35,559 bases of DNA, taken from positions 1 through 35,559 of IMG/VR virus record IMGVR_UViG_3300038673_000605. One strand, written 5' to 3'. This document shows positions 18,849-27,001 of the stretch, piece by piece. Under the pieces are notes generated by a model. That model saw only the letters and a program-made list of their open reading frames with translations. It searched no databases and was not told the DNA's origin. The stretch's first letter is position 1; each line of letters begins with the position of its first letter. The translations under genes and the position numbers were made by a program. Origin of the DNA: a virus. Taxonomy: Duplodnaviria > Caudoviricetes.

Positions 18849-19232
18849 TTATACGCTGTCTTCTGAATCTGCGTTCTCATTCCTTTTTTCAGCAACCCAT
18901 TGACTTACAAATCCAAAAAGACCTGTGACAACAACTGTAAGGGCTGGTGGGGAGAAAGCAATAATCTGGCTTTGGTAAGCTAAGATTATAGGCCAAACTG
19001 CTAAGAGGAGTGTAGTTAAATAATCGAACCGTATCCATTTTTTAACAGTCTCAACACTATCTTTAACTCTCTGGTTAGATGCATATTGACTAATGAATGC
19101 CATTACTATTGTTGCTAGGGCAATGTATTCTGGGGGAATGTAAATCCAGAAATAACTTATTAATAGAAGTGCTAAAGGCACTAATGCTAACAGTCCGGTT
19201 GTTAAAATATCAATTGCTTTTTTCAGTTCCAT
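18849..19232 (-). CDS. Holin-like four-helix membrane protein with an internal duplication
   Basis: Two similar halves (..PPEY..FISQY..R and ..PPAL..FVSQW..R); AGGAG SD. Confidence 0.65.
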   Translation of the reverse strand: MELKKAIDILTTGLLALVPLALLLISYFWIYIPPEYIALATIVMAFISQYASNQRVKDSVETVKKWIRFDYLTTLLLAVWPIILAYQSQIIAFSPPALTVVVTGLFGFVSQWVAEKRNENADSEDSV

Positions 19233-19247
19233 AAATTCATCTCCTTT

Positions 19248-19331
19248 TTATAATTCTATTAATAAATAAATGAGAGTTAACAAGGCCGCGCCTGCAAAAC
19301 AGATGATTGGAAGGTAATGTTTCCTATTCAA
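19248..19331 (-). CDS. 27-aa single-helix membrane peptide (not in the ORF track)
   Basis: AAGGTGG SD then TTG: MNRKHYLPIICFAGAALLTLIYLLIEL*. Confidence 0.55.
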   Translation of the reverse strand: MNRKHYLPIICFAGAALLTLIYLLIEL

Positions 19332-19445
19332 TGGTACCACCTTATATAGGGTGTTTTAGGGGCAGGGGCTTCTAAAAACTTTTACGCAGCTTATTTTTTT
19401 CGGTTAAAAACGCATGAGGAATTAGACTGCCCCTAAAATCGTGTC

Positions 19446-19895
19446 TCATAGATAATGTATGAGCTTTGTTTTGTGCCTATGTGTCTGAAAGGTTTCATTC
19501 AGCACATCCATCTTACTTTGTGGTTCTGCTTTTTGAGGTGTTTCCATTTTGGAAACAACTGGTTCGGGTTCGGGTTCTGGATAATATGGTGTAAGCCATG
19601 CTCCACTATGATATACTTTCTCTCTTCCTGAAAAAGAGTAATCACTATCACAGTATATGCATGTTAGTTCATCATTACGCTTTAAACCACGAATTAGGCA
19701 GTTATAATGCCCACAATTAGGACAGTAGTTTAGGAAAGCATAATGAGTGTACCATCCTTCACTTACACCTGTGGTGTATCCTTCACCTGAAACGACCCCG
19801 ACACCGGAAGTCGTGGCACTTGATACTGCCATTGTGGAAATTCCGATAACGAGTAAAAGTAAGGGGATGTATATTTGTAGTCGTTTTGGCTTGAT
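19446..19895 (-). CDS. Secreted Cys-rich (zinc-binding) protein with a signal peptide; ATC start
   Basis: GGAGGTG SD, in-frame TGA, then ATC AAG CCA... giving (M)KPKRLQIYIPLLLLVIGISTMAVSSA; NYCPNCGH...ELTCIYCDSDY motif. Confidence 0.75.
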   Translation of the reverse strand: MKPKRLQIYIPLLLLVIGISTMAVSSATTSGVGVVSGEGYTTGVSEGWYTHYAFLNYCPNCGHYNCLIRGLKRNDELTCIYCDSDYSFSGREKVYHSGAWLTPYYPEPEPEPVVSKMETPQKAEPQSKMDVLNETFQTHRHKTKLIHYL

Positions 19896-20158
19896 TCAAA
19901 CACCTCCTTGATAAGGGGCGTTCTCTTCTCGTTGCTACGGCTACGCCTTAATCTCGCCACTGACTTGTTTAAAGCCCGAGCTAAGGCTGATAAAAACATG
20001 ATATCACCTTTAAATTTTAATTTAAAATAATAAATAAGCGGTGGGCCGTGGGTCTTTCGCATGCTCCCACTTCCATTACTAAGAGTTACTAACCGGCTTT
20101 CACTCTGTTCACTTATCCAGGCTATACTGGAACGGCCCTATTAGTAAATTATTTTGGC

Positions 20159-20273
20159 AACTGTACGGAAATTCCGAACAGTTCAACCAGTCACAACCTG
20201 TGACAATTTGTCACGTTTTCAACTTGTGCAAAATTTGCACGAGTTCTAACTACTATAATTTGTAGTATGTTCT
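20159..20273. repeat. Array of five sequence-diverse palindromes with 26-bp periodicity
   Basis: Dyad centres at 20171, 20197, 20207, 20233 and 20259; 3-nt centres AAT/ACC/ATT/AAT/ATT; units mostly begin AAC and end GTT(C). Confidence 0.85.
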
Positions 20274-20389
20274 CAATCTTCATGAGGGCGGCCTCTAAGC
20301 CGTTCCTTGTCAATGCAGTTAATCATAACCTGATAAAAAGAATCATCCTCATCCTTCTTCCTACCCTTCTTTTTCAAAGTCTCTGACAT
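20273..20389 (-). CDS. Small hypothetical protein (38 aa, not in the ORF track)
   Basis: GGTG SD, MSETLKKKGRKKDEDDSFYQVMINCIDKERLRGRPHED*. Confidence 0.5.
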   Translation of the reverse strand: MSETLKKKGRKKDEDDSFYQVMINCIDKERLRGRPHED

Positions 20390-20403
20390 AGCCCCACACC
20401 ACT

Positions 20404-20565
20404 TCATATCGAGTACTGGTTAAGGTCCGTGGCCCTGCAAACCAGTTCATCCTTATCCACACGGAGGTTAACACTTCCACAGTTCAAACAATAATTAACC
20501 ACCTTCTCATTAACGGTTAAGGCTTTATCACCACAGTCTAAACACTTGTAAATGGTTAGTTTCAT
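20404..20565 (-). CDS. Small zinc-ribbon protein
   Basis: YKCLDCG...YCLNCGS; start re-placed at MKLTIY (20565). Confidence 0.7.
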   Translation of the reverse strand: MKLTIYKCLDCGDKALTVNEKVVNYCLNCGSVNLRVDKDELVCRATDLNQYSI

Positions 20566-20941
20566 ATATACCAAAGCCTTTAAACTAGAGGTGGTTTGGG
20601 GACAGTTTACCGACATATCCCAGGTCCACAGTGATTTAATATGGCTTTTACTCCAGGAAGCAGTGTCATAGAATATATGACCATAAAAAAGGGCGTGTGT
20701 GGGGGCCTTTTAAAGACAACGCCCCAGGTCTTGGTGTCCGAATAGACGGAGGTGAACATTATAATATGGAAAAGTGTAGGGGATTTTAGATGTTGATATC
20801 GACTGTTCATCACGACCAAATGATGAATTAAACTCCTAAAAATCCCCTAAAATCTAGGAGTGAAAATTAGGGGGGGTTGGAGAAGATGCCAGATTGGTGT
20901 CGTTTTTGCTGTGAGGGCATCTTCCCCGTTGGGGTTAAAAA

Positions 20942-21502
20942 TTAAATTAATACTACTTCTGCATTGGGATATCTATTCTGAATGACTGGTTCATCACATG
21001 TTTTGCAGGTGATGGTGAAATCTTCATCACTCCTGTAATTAAACCAGTTTATTTGTGGATCGTCTGCCAATTCTTGGAGAGTAGTGGAATAATTTTTGGG
21101 TTCCTTCGGTTTCGGGAAAGGAGGATTACTATAACCTGCCATTGCTGAAAGTGAAACTTCCTCCTGGACCAGGCCACAACTTTTACAAACAGTTTCCCCA
21201 TGGCCACCATCATATTTCAACTTAGAAATACGCTTTTCGGGATTTCCAGGTTGGCCTATTTCACAGTCATGGTCTATGTCTTCACATAAAGGTGTGACCA
21301 ACTCCAAGGCACAACTCCGACAGGAGTACCAATGAGCAATTACTACCTGACCATTAATAACCCTTTTATCCCTGAATTTATATGTGTCTTCTGGGTCTAT
21401 GGGTGTTTCTCCAACTTTTAACGTTTTTCCACATTGTTTACATTTGATTGTGGGAATACCACTCTCTTCACAGCTTTCGTGTATGTTTTGTAACGACATC
21501 AT
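20942..21502 (-). CDS. Multi-zinc-finger protein containing a TFB/TFIIB-type zinc ribbon (candidate transcription regulator)
   Basis: CKQC, CRSC, YDGGHGETVCKSCGLVQEE (TFB ribbon-like) and CKTC. Confidence 0.65.
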   Translation of the reverse strand: MMSLQNIHESCEESGIPTIKCKQCGKTLKVGETPIDPEDTYKFRDKRVINGQVVIAHWYSCRSCALELVTPLCEDIDHDCEIGQPGNPEKRISKLKYDGGHGETVCKSCGLVQEEVSLSAMAGYSNPPFPKPKEPKNYSTTLQELADDPQINWFNYRSDEDFTITCKTCDEPVIQNRYPNAEVVLI

Positions 21503-21640
21503 TCTGAGAAAGTAATGATAGTGTTTTTCTTAAAAAACTTCAATAATCTGTGTAAGCTTAAAGCAATCCTTTATATGCTTTACGGTTTTTAGCTGTGAAA
21601 ATGGGTCAAAAATAGTAAAAAAAGAGAGAATATTAAAAAA

Positions 21641-22189
21641 TTAATCTGCAAAATATTTGTATAATACGTTTTGTAACTTCCCACTGAAACTATCCCCCTC
21701 TTCCTGAGAAATTTTTTCAACTAAACTTTTAGGAAGGGAAACACTTTTACGGACAAATGCATCCTCAGAAAGTTTCAGATAATGATCTAGCATGAATAAA
21801 TCAATAAGTATGGCCTCCTGAAGGGGGGTGACTTTAGCCTGTCTTATCCTATTCATCTCATCAAAAGCTTTATTTTCTATAATCCTTTCATTCTTGTATG
21901 TGTCTGTTCCAAAACCTCCAAACATTCCTGTGATATATCCACTGATGAGCCCTGCGTAACTGAAGAGATTCAAATCTCGGAGCCCTAGTTTATATCCGTG
22001 ATAAACTGCAAATGGGATGTAAAGATCGGTTCTTAACCCTGATTCTGTGCGTTCTTTGAATCCCTCCATGGTGTGGAATCCTGATACATTTAATTCTTGC
22101 ATCAATTCAACAATCTGTTCATCAGTCACGTCTTCTAAGAAAAAAACTTCTCTCGGGTCTAATTTTACATTATATGCATCTTCTATCAT
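21641..22189 (-). CDS. Protein with a C-terminal ribbon-helix-helix DNA-binding domain
   Basis: VRKSVSLPKSLVEKI...SFSGKLQNVL matches the RHH pattern. Confidence 0.7.
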   Translation of the reverse strand: MIEDAYNVKLDPREVFFLEDVTDEQIVELMQELNVSGFHTMEGFKERTESGLRTDLYIPFAVYHGYKLGLRDLNLFSYAGLISGYITGMFGGFGTDTYKNERIIENKAFDEMNRIRQAKVTPLQEAILIDLFMLDHYLKLSEDAFVRKSVSLPKSLVEKISQEEGDSFSGKLQNVLYKYFAD

Positions 22190-22202
22190 TATTTATTCCT
22201 CC

Positions 22203-22388
22203 TTATGCATGCCAAAATGGTTTGTGCTCTTCAACTAACTTTATTCCTTCAGAATAACCTAACTCTTCCAATAATTCTTCTAAAAAACGATCATAATCCA
22301 TATGAAACTCCTCAATATTTAATCCAATTTCATCGGTGTTTTTTTCAATTAATTTTTCTATTTCCTTTTTAAACTCTTTAGGAGTCAT
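22203..22388 (-). CDS. Small hypothetical viral protein
   Basis: Acidic 61 aa ending FHMDYD..LEELGYSEGI..KPFWHA; AAGGA SD. Confidence 0.7.
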   Translation of the reverse strand: MTPKEFKKEIEKLIEKNTDEIGLNIEEFHMDYDRFLEELLEELGYSEGIKLVEEHKPFWHA

Positions 22389-22412
22389 GTTAAATCTTCC
22401 TTTAAAAATTAA

Positions 22413-23084
22413 TTAAATTAGTACAGCAGGATCAATCCTTCCTAATGTACTACTATTCTTAAGAACTCTTTGCACCACATCTGTACCGTTAAGATTGAAA
22501 TTGTTTATATCATCACTGATTATGGATTCTTCATTTCCATTTTCATCAGTTGATATTTTGAAGTGTCCCCTATCAAGAACATCTAATATTTCTCCCTCGA
22601 TTTGTTGTTCACAAACTGAATCAATTTCACAGTTTAATAAATCCATTAATGCTTCTTTTAAATCCACAGTGTTATATATGTCCGAATCGTGTCCAGTTAA
22701 CCATAGAATCCAGTTTCCATTTTCACAGCTAACATCATATTCAACATCTAACGCATCTAATGCGGCACAAACTACTGGTGCATCGCCTGCAACTCCCCAA
22801 TTAACATAAAATCCGTTCCCATCCCATTCGATTTCTCCGAACTCATTTATGTTTTTGTCTTCTTCTTTTGCAAGAGTTAATAAGTGTTGTTTGAGTTCTG
22901 TTTGGGTTTTAAAGTATCCAATAAAATCTATGTTTTCATTGTTGATTTCAGTCATTGTTTCAATTAGTTGTTTTGTGACTTCTGTTTCTTCGTAGCCTTG
23001 TAATTTTTCATAACTCCAATCGAGGACGTAAAATTTGTGTTCGCTTCGTTTTAGTTTCCAATTCACATATATTTTTTTGTTCAT
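22413..23084 (-). CDS. Acidic hypothetical protein
   Basis: 223-aa ORF with a GGTGA SD and its own upstream TATA box. Confidence 0.75.
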   Translation of the reverse strand: MNKKIYVNWKLKRSEHKFYVLDWSYEKLQGYEETEVTKQLIETMTEINNENIDFIGYFKTQTELKQHLLTLAKEEDKNINEFGEIEWDGNGFYVNWGVAGDAPVVCAALDALDVEYDVSCENGNWILWLTGHDSDIYNTVDLKEALMDLLNCEIDSVCEQQIEGEILDVLDRGHFKISTDENGNEESIISDDINNFNLNGTDVVQRVLKNSSTLGRIDPAVLI

Positions 23085-23145
23085 TTTTTCACCAACTTTT
23101 TTGAGAAGTAAATTCTGCTTCTACTAGTTAATAAGTTATTAATAG

Positions 23146-23154
23146 TATATAAAA
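23146..23154 (-). promoter_or_regulatory. TATA box for the 23084-21641 gene cluster
   Basis: TTTTATATA on the minus strand about 60 nt upstream of ATG 23084. Confidence 0.55.
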
Positions 23155-23169
23155 TTAACTATTCTGATC

Positions 23170-23233
23170 AATAAAAATAGTGACCAACCCCTGGAGAAGT
23201 TGGTGAAAACAAAACTCCAAAGACGGCCACCAC
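23170..23233 (-). ncRNA. Candidate ~60-nt antisense small RNA
   Basis: TTATATA upstream (23262-23256), terminal stem GUGGCC/GGUCAC, U-run end, and a loop with 13 nt complementary to the SD region of ORF 23084. Confidence 0.35.
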
Positions 23234-23281
23234 AGTAATTATTTACTTCTTTACATATATAATTAAACAGGACGTGCACGT

Positions 23282-23899
23282 ATGCCTGGATTAAAAATAA
23301 GAGAAATAAAATTCACAAACAGTCAAAAATACGCTAAAGTAGATGCTGAAGACTATGATTGGTTAAATCAATGGGAATGGCAAAAATTCAGCAGACAGGA
23401 TGATCCTGATAATTATTATGCTGTAAGATGGGAAAATGGCAAAATGATATATATGCACCGCCAAATCCTCGGACTAAAAAAAGGAGAACGATCGCGACAC
23501 TTAAACGGTCGTGGATGGGATAACCGTCGCAGCAACCTTAAAAAATTAACACATGAAGGGGTTATCAAATCGGGGAATAGGTGGATTGCACGTATCAAAG
23601 TTGATTACAAATATATTCAACTTGGTATATTTAAAACAGAACCTCAAGCAACTAGGAAATATCAAGAAGCTAAACGAATTATTGATGATAAAAGAGTTGT
23701 TAATAAAATAGATAAAATACAAAGTATAATAATTCAAACTCGAAAAACAAGCAAATACAAAGGAGTAACTTGGAACAAAAGTAAAGGGAAATGGGCAGCT
23801 TATAGTTATATAAGAGTCCATCATGGATTGTTTGATTCGGAAGAAGAAGCCAATCAAGCTGTTGAGGACTATAGAGAATATAGGAAAAATATTAAATGA
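23282..23899 (+). CDS. HNH homing endonuclease with AP2 DNA-binding domains
   Basis: AKVDAEDYDWL, YMHRQILG, RHLNGRGWDNRRSNL, RWIARI..LG.F and TSKYKGVTWNK..KW motifs. Confidence 0.88.
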   Translation: MPGLKIREIKFTNSQKYAKVDAEDYDWLNQWEWQKFSRQDDPDNYYAVRWENGKMIYMHRQILGLKKGERSRHLNGRGWDNRRSNLKKLTHEGVIKSGNRWIARIKVDYKYIQLGIFKTEPQATRKYQEAKRIIDDKRVVNKIDKIQSIIIQTRKTSKYKGVTWNKSKGKWAAYSYIRVHHGLFDSEEEANQAVEDYREYRKNIK

Positions 23900-23913
23900 T
23901 CATGTCGTCAACC

Positions 23914-24363
23914 CTACAATTCTGTTCCATATTTCCCAATAGCTTCATCTAAAGACATTTTAAGCCCATGGCCACCATAGCATCTGTAATAAATTGCGTA
24001 AGAACTTGTATAATCTATTACATTATCCCTATTTGGAGACATTTTATAAACCATTCGTTCTCCGCATTCAGGACATTTCTGGTTAGAACTTATTGTATTC
24101 TTCCCTAAGGCCACTCCTGTTGGAATTGAAATGCATCTTGGAAATTCCCTAATTTTACCCTCTTTATCCTTTCCAGGTTCAAATTTCCATTCAATGCCTC
24201 TGGTGAAATCTCCTTCTTCTAAAAAGAATTTACCTTCCAAGTTATTTTCGATGTTTTCTTTATTTCCATCATATCTATTTTTAAAGTATTCTGCCTCCTT
24301 TTTGAGATCTACACCTTCATATTTTCCAACCAATCCCTGCTCTTCATTACTTGGATAACTCAT
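23914..24363 (-). CDS. Hypothetical protein with a zinc-ribbon motif
   Basis: CPECGERM...YRCYGGH; directly downstream of cas6. Confidence 0.65.
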   Translation of the reverse strand: MSYPSNEEQGLVGKYEGVDLKKEAEYFKNRYDGNKENIENNLEGKFFLEEGDFTRGIEWKFEPGKDKEGKIREFPRCISIPTGVALGKNTISSNQKCPECGERMVYKMSPNRDNVIDYTSSYAIYYRCYGGHGLKMSLDEAIGKYGTEL

Positions 24364-24374
24364 TTAAACACGTC

Positions 24375-25088
24375 CTAAGCCATATCTACCATGCCAAAGC
24401 CCATGCTTGTCTTCTCACCAAGGCCCACCTGCCATGCGAATTCTAATAATTTCTCTGGTCCTGTTAATTCAAACTTCATCTGATTAGATCTGTGATAAAT
24501 CTCAATATTATCCTTTTTTATTATAATCCGCTTCTGTTTAACAGTACCTTTTAAGGGTTTGAAATCTAAATATAAATGGTCATGGTTCTTATAATAACTC
24601 CAATACTTTTTAAACAAGTTTTCGTTCAACCTCTCTTTAAATTCTGGCTCTCCGGGGCCCAAATCCCATGTTTTTCCGTCTCGTTCCGTTCGTAGATAAA
24701 TTGGGCTTAACGTTTTAAACTTCATATTCTCAGTGAATTTGGGTGTTTTCATGATTTCTGCTTTTTCCACTTCCGCCTGGACTCCCTGGAAGTCTATTTT
24801 AGGGTTACTGAAAAGACCATACCAGAGGTTTTTAATAAACTCCTCATTCACACTGGAAACTTGGACTTGGAACTTGCCATCCTTGGTAACTAATCCATCT
24901 GGTTGGATCTTTAACTGTGGGATCTGGACCTGGCTGAATGTGAAATATTTAAACCCTCTTGAGTCGTGCAATTCGGTTGCAAAATGAGTGTCTTCAAGTG
25001 CATTGTAAATAACAGTTGCTATTGTATAATTATTGTTATAAGGTAGTTTGAATCCTGGAATCGTTTTGAATGTTATTTTTAATCTCAT
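24375..25088 (-). CDS. cas6: CRISPR-associated endoribonuclease Cas6
   Basis: MRLKITF start, LHD..GFKYFTFS, FKTLSPI and the C-terminal G-loop GLGEKTSMGFG. Confidence 0.95.
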   Translation of the reverse strand: MRLKITFKTIPGFKLPYNNNYTIATVIYNALEDTHFATELHDSRGFKYFTFSQVQIPQLKIQPDGLVTKDGKFQVQVSSVNEEFIKNLWYGLFSNPKIDFQGVQAEVEKAEIMKTPKFTENMKFKTLSPIYLRTERDGKTWDLGPGEPEFKERLNENLFKKYWSYYKNHDHLYLDFKPLKGTVKQKRIIIKKDNIEIYHRSNQMKFELTGPEKLLEFAWQVGLGEKTSMGFGMVDMA

Positions 25089-25855
25089 CTATTCCAATCC
25101 TCCGGACGTTCGTTTCTTAACTCTGGAAACATGACTCCATCAAGATAATAACTCCCACCTTTATCCAGGGCAAATTTTGAGAATAGCATAGACCAACGGA
25201 CTTTATCGTATCCTTGTAATGGGCCGTATTTGTCATATAAGGAGAAATAAGGGAGGTTGTTGGTGACTATGTATGCCCATATGTCTCTCCACGTCCACCA
25301 TTTAAGTGGAAATGATACGAACCTTTGGCCTTCTTTTTGAATTAGTTGATTAGAGACTCTTTCTCTCCTTGTGATACTTTCTTCAGCCCTGATTCCCAAT
25401 ATTTCTATGTTGATGTTTCTTTCTTTCATTATTTTGAATAAATTGCCAAAGAATCTTTTGCTTGATGGGTCCCTCTGGCCACGTACAAATAACTTATTAG
25501 GATCAACTCCTAATTCTAAGGCTATTTTGGTAAGTTCCTTGGTGACTTCTTTGGGTTGTTTTATTTGTTTAGAGTCGTAGTCATAACCTGCGCTGAAGTG
25601 ATATACTGGGATGTTCGGCTCTATTATTAGGGCCATGTGGAGGAGGACTAAGCTGTCTTTTCCTCCACTGTAAAGGACTATACATTTGTGGTTGTGGATG
25701 AGGTCTGTTAACATTTGTTTGGATTGATTAACCTTTCTTTTATATTCTTTCTGCTTGGCCCACATCCCAAACATTGCCCTGGTTTTTCGTGGCATGTTTT
25801 GAGAATGGCATTTACCGTGTGATTTCATGTAACACAATCCCTGTAACCACGTCAT
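25085..25855 (-). CDS. cysH: CysH-like (PAPS reductase family) protein of the type IV-B locus
   Basis: YSGGKDS PP-loop, GIRAEESITR and PLKWWTWRDIWAYI..NNLPY..LYD; probable start about 25795 (MPRKT). Confidence 0.9.
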   Translation of the reverse strand: MTWLQGLCYMKSHGKCHSQNMPRKTRAMFGMWAKQKEYKRKVNQSKQMLTDLIHNHKCIVLYSGGKDSLVLLHMALIIEPNIPVYHFSAGYDYDSKQIKQPKEVTKELTKIALELGVDPNKLFVRGQRDPSSKRFFGNLFKIMKERNINIEILGIRAEESITRRERVSNQLIQKEGQRFVSFPLKWWTWRDIWAYIVTNNLPYFSLYDKYGPLQGYDKVRWSMLFSKFALDKGGSYYLDGVMFPELRNERPEDWNR

Positions 25856-26276
25856 TAATAAAAGGTAGTCTATTAGTTGTTTCTATTTTGAATCTGGGTA
25901 ATCCTTTGTAGGGGGCTTTTCTAACTGGTAAGTGTTCGTTTTCTCCTCCAAAATGGACAATTATGTCTGGTGGGCTTTTTTGCCATATTAATGATTGGAT
26001 GTGATTTTGGATTTTTTGGATTGGTTCTTTTCCATTGACTTCCATAATTATGTGTTCTTTTTCTTCGTTGGCTTTCCAAAAAACATCTTCTGTACTATAT
26101 CTTTTAATTTCGTGGGCGTTCTTTGCAGAATGAAGATGTTTATCTCTGAGTTGACAATTAGAGTCTATCAAATGTATAGTTGTGGGGCCAATCATGGTGA
26201 ATATTGTCCTATAACATCTCGTAAGGTTACCATCACTATTCATTTTATGATATGCTAATTCAATATCACTCTTCAT
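25812..26276 (-). CDS. Unknown protein embedded in the type IV operon
   Basis: ATG 26276 overlaps the csf3 stop (ATGA); no family recognised. Confidence 0.65.
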   Translation of the reverse strand: MKSDIELAYHKMNSDGNLTRCYRTIFTMIGPTTIHLIDSNCQLRDKHLHSAKNAHEIKRYSTEDVFWKANEEKEHIIMEVNGKEPIQKIQNHIQSLIWQKSPPDIIVHFGGENEHLPVRKAPYKGLPRFKIETTNRLPFINDVVTGIVLHEITR

Positions 26277-27001
26277 ACTCCCACCGTTATCTGGCTCTGT
26301 GGTACCAGGCACATCTTAACATTCCGTTTATCCCAATAAGGTGGCTTATATGATGCGTTCATAAATTGACTACCTTCGATTAATGGGAATGTTCTGGCCA
26401 TCTCCTGGGGAATTGGTCTCATGATATTTCCATCTTTGAAGAAACTATAATCTGTTTCTGTTTCTTCGATTTTGAAATCCAATATTTTCCCTCCACCTAT
26501 AGCTCCTTTTTTCCCTAAGCTGGTGAGGTGAGGGAGTATTTTTTCCAGGTCTTTTGGATCTGCGCAGGTGTAAAATGTAATGGTGTGTGGTGTGATGAAT
26601 GGTAGGTTGATCATAAAGTCCTTGAAATAGCCCCTATCAGTGTGTACTCGGCCTTGTCTTTGCCGTGGTTTTAATTTATCCACATTTTTATCCTGAAATC
26701 GTTTATAAATCGTAGATTGATATAATGGAGCCTGGTCAAATATGCTAACAGATGCGTGGTAAACATCTCCAGTTTTTTTGATTGGTATTTGCAGATCTTC
26801 AACTGGGACAATCTGGTCAGAGGGGAGGATATAGAAAAGTTCACCTAGGGCATCCCGCATACAAAGATACTGTACCAGTGAGTCGAAGTATAACCATGGG
26901 TGGGCCAAAAAAACCGGTGGTCGTACTTTGAAAGATATTTGGAGAGGACTGTAATCCTCTCCGCACTGGTATTCATTTATCTTTTGTTTGATTACTTCCA
27001 T
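26273..27001 (-). CDS. csf3: Type IV Cas5-family subunit Csf3
   Basis: PLQISF..PV....LYFDSL, YHASV, GYFK, ITFY, SLGKKGAIGGG, RPIP and YKPPYW motifs. Confidence 0.88.
   Translation of the reverse strand: MEVIKQKINEYQCGEDYSPLQISFKVRPPVFLAHPWLYFDSLVQYLCMRDALGELFYILPSDQIVPVEDLQIPIKKTGDVYHASVSIFDQAPLYQSTIYKRFQDKNVDKLKPRQRQGRVHTDRGYFKDFMINLPFITPHTITFYTCADPKDLEKILPHLTSLGKKGAIGGGKILDFKIEETETDYSFFKDGNIMRPIPQEMARTFPLIEGSQFMNASYKPPYWDKRNVKMCLVPQSQITVGV

Noticed and set aside
19763-20062. 99-aa minus-strand ORF (possible ATG 19999 with a GGTGA SD)
   Set aside because: It overlaps the signal-peptide gene by about 130 nt in another frame and has no motif; left uncalled, though a leader peptide cannot be excluded.
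20159-20273. Palindrome array as a TIGR array or a protein-coding remnant
   Set aside because: There is no 36-nt unit or box C/D motif and I saw no Nop-domain gene; the peptide-like readings fall in three different frames with no start.
20607-20819. 70-aa minus-strand ORF
   Set aside because: No SD or motif, and it crosses a region dominated by inverted repeats; more likely non-coding.
24122-24132. GGAATTGAAAT resembling a CRISPR repeat 3' end near cas6
   Set aside because: It lies inside a coding sequence, is single-copy and has no repeat-like 5' part; probably chance.
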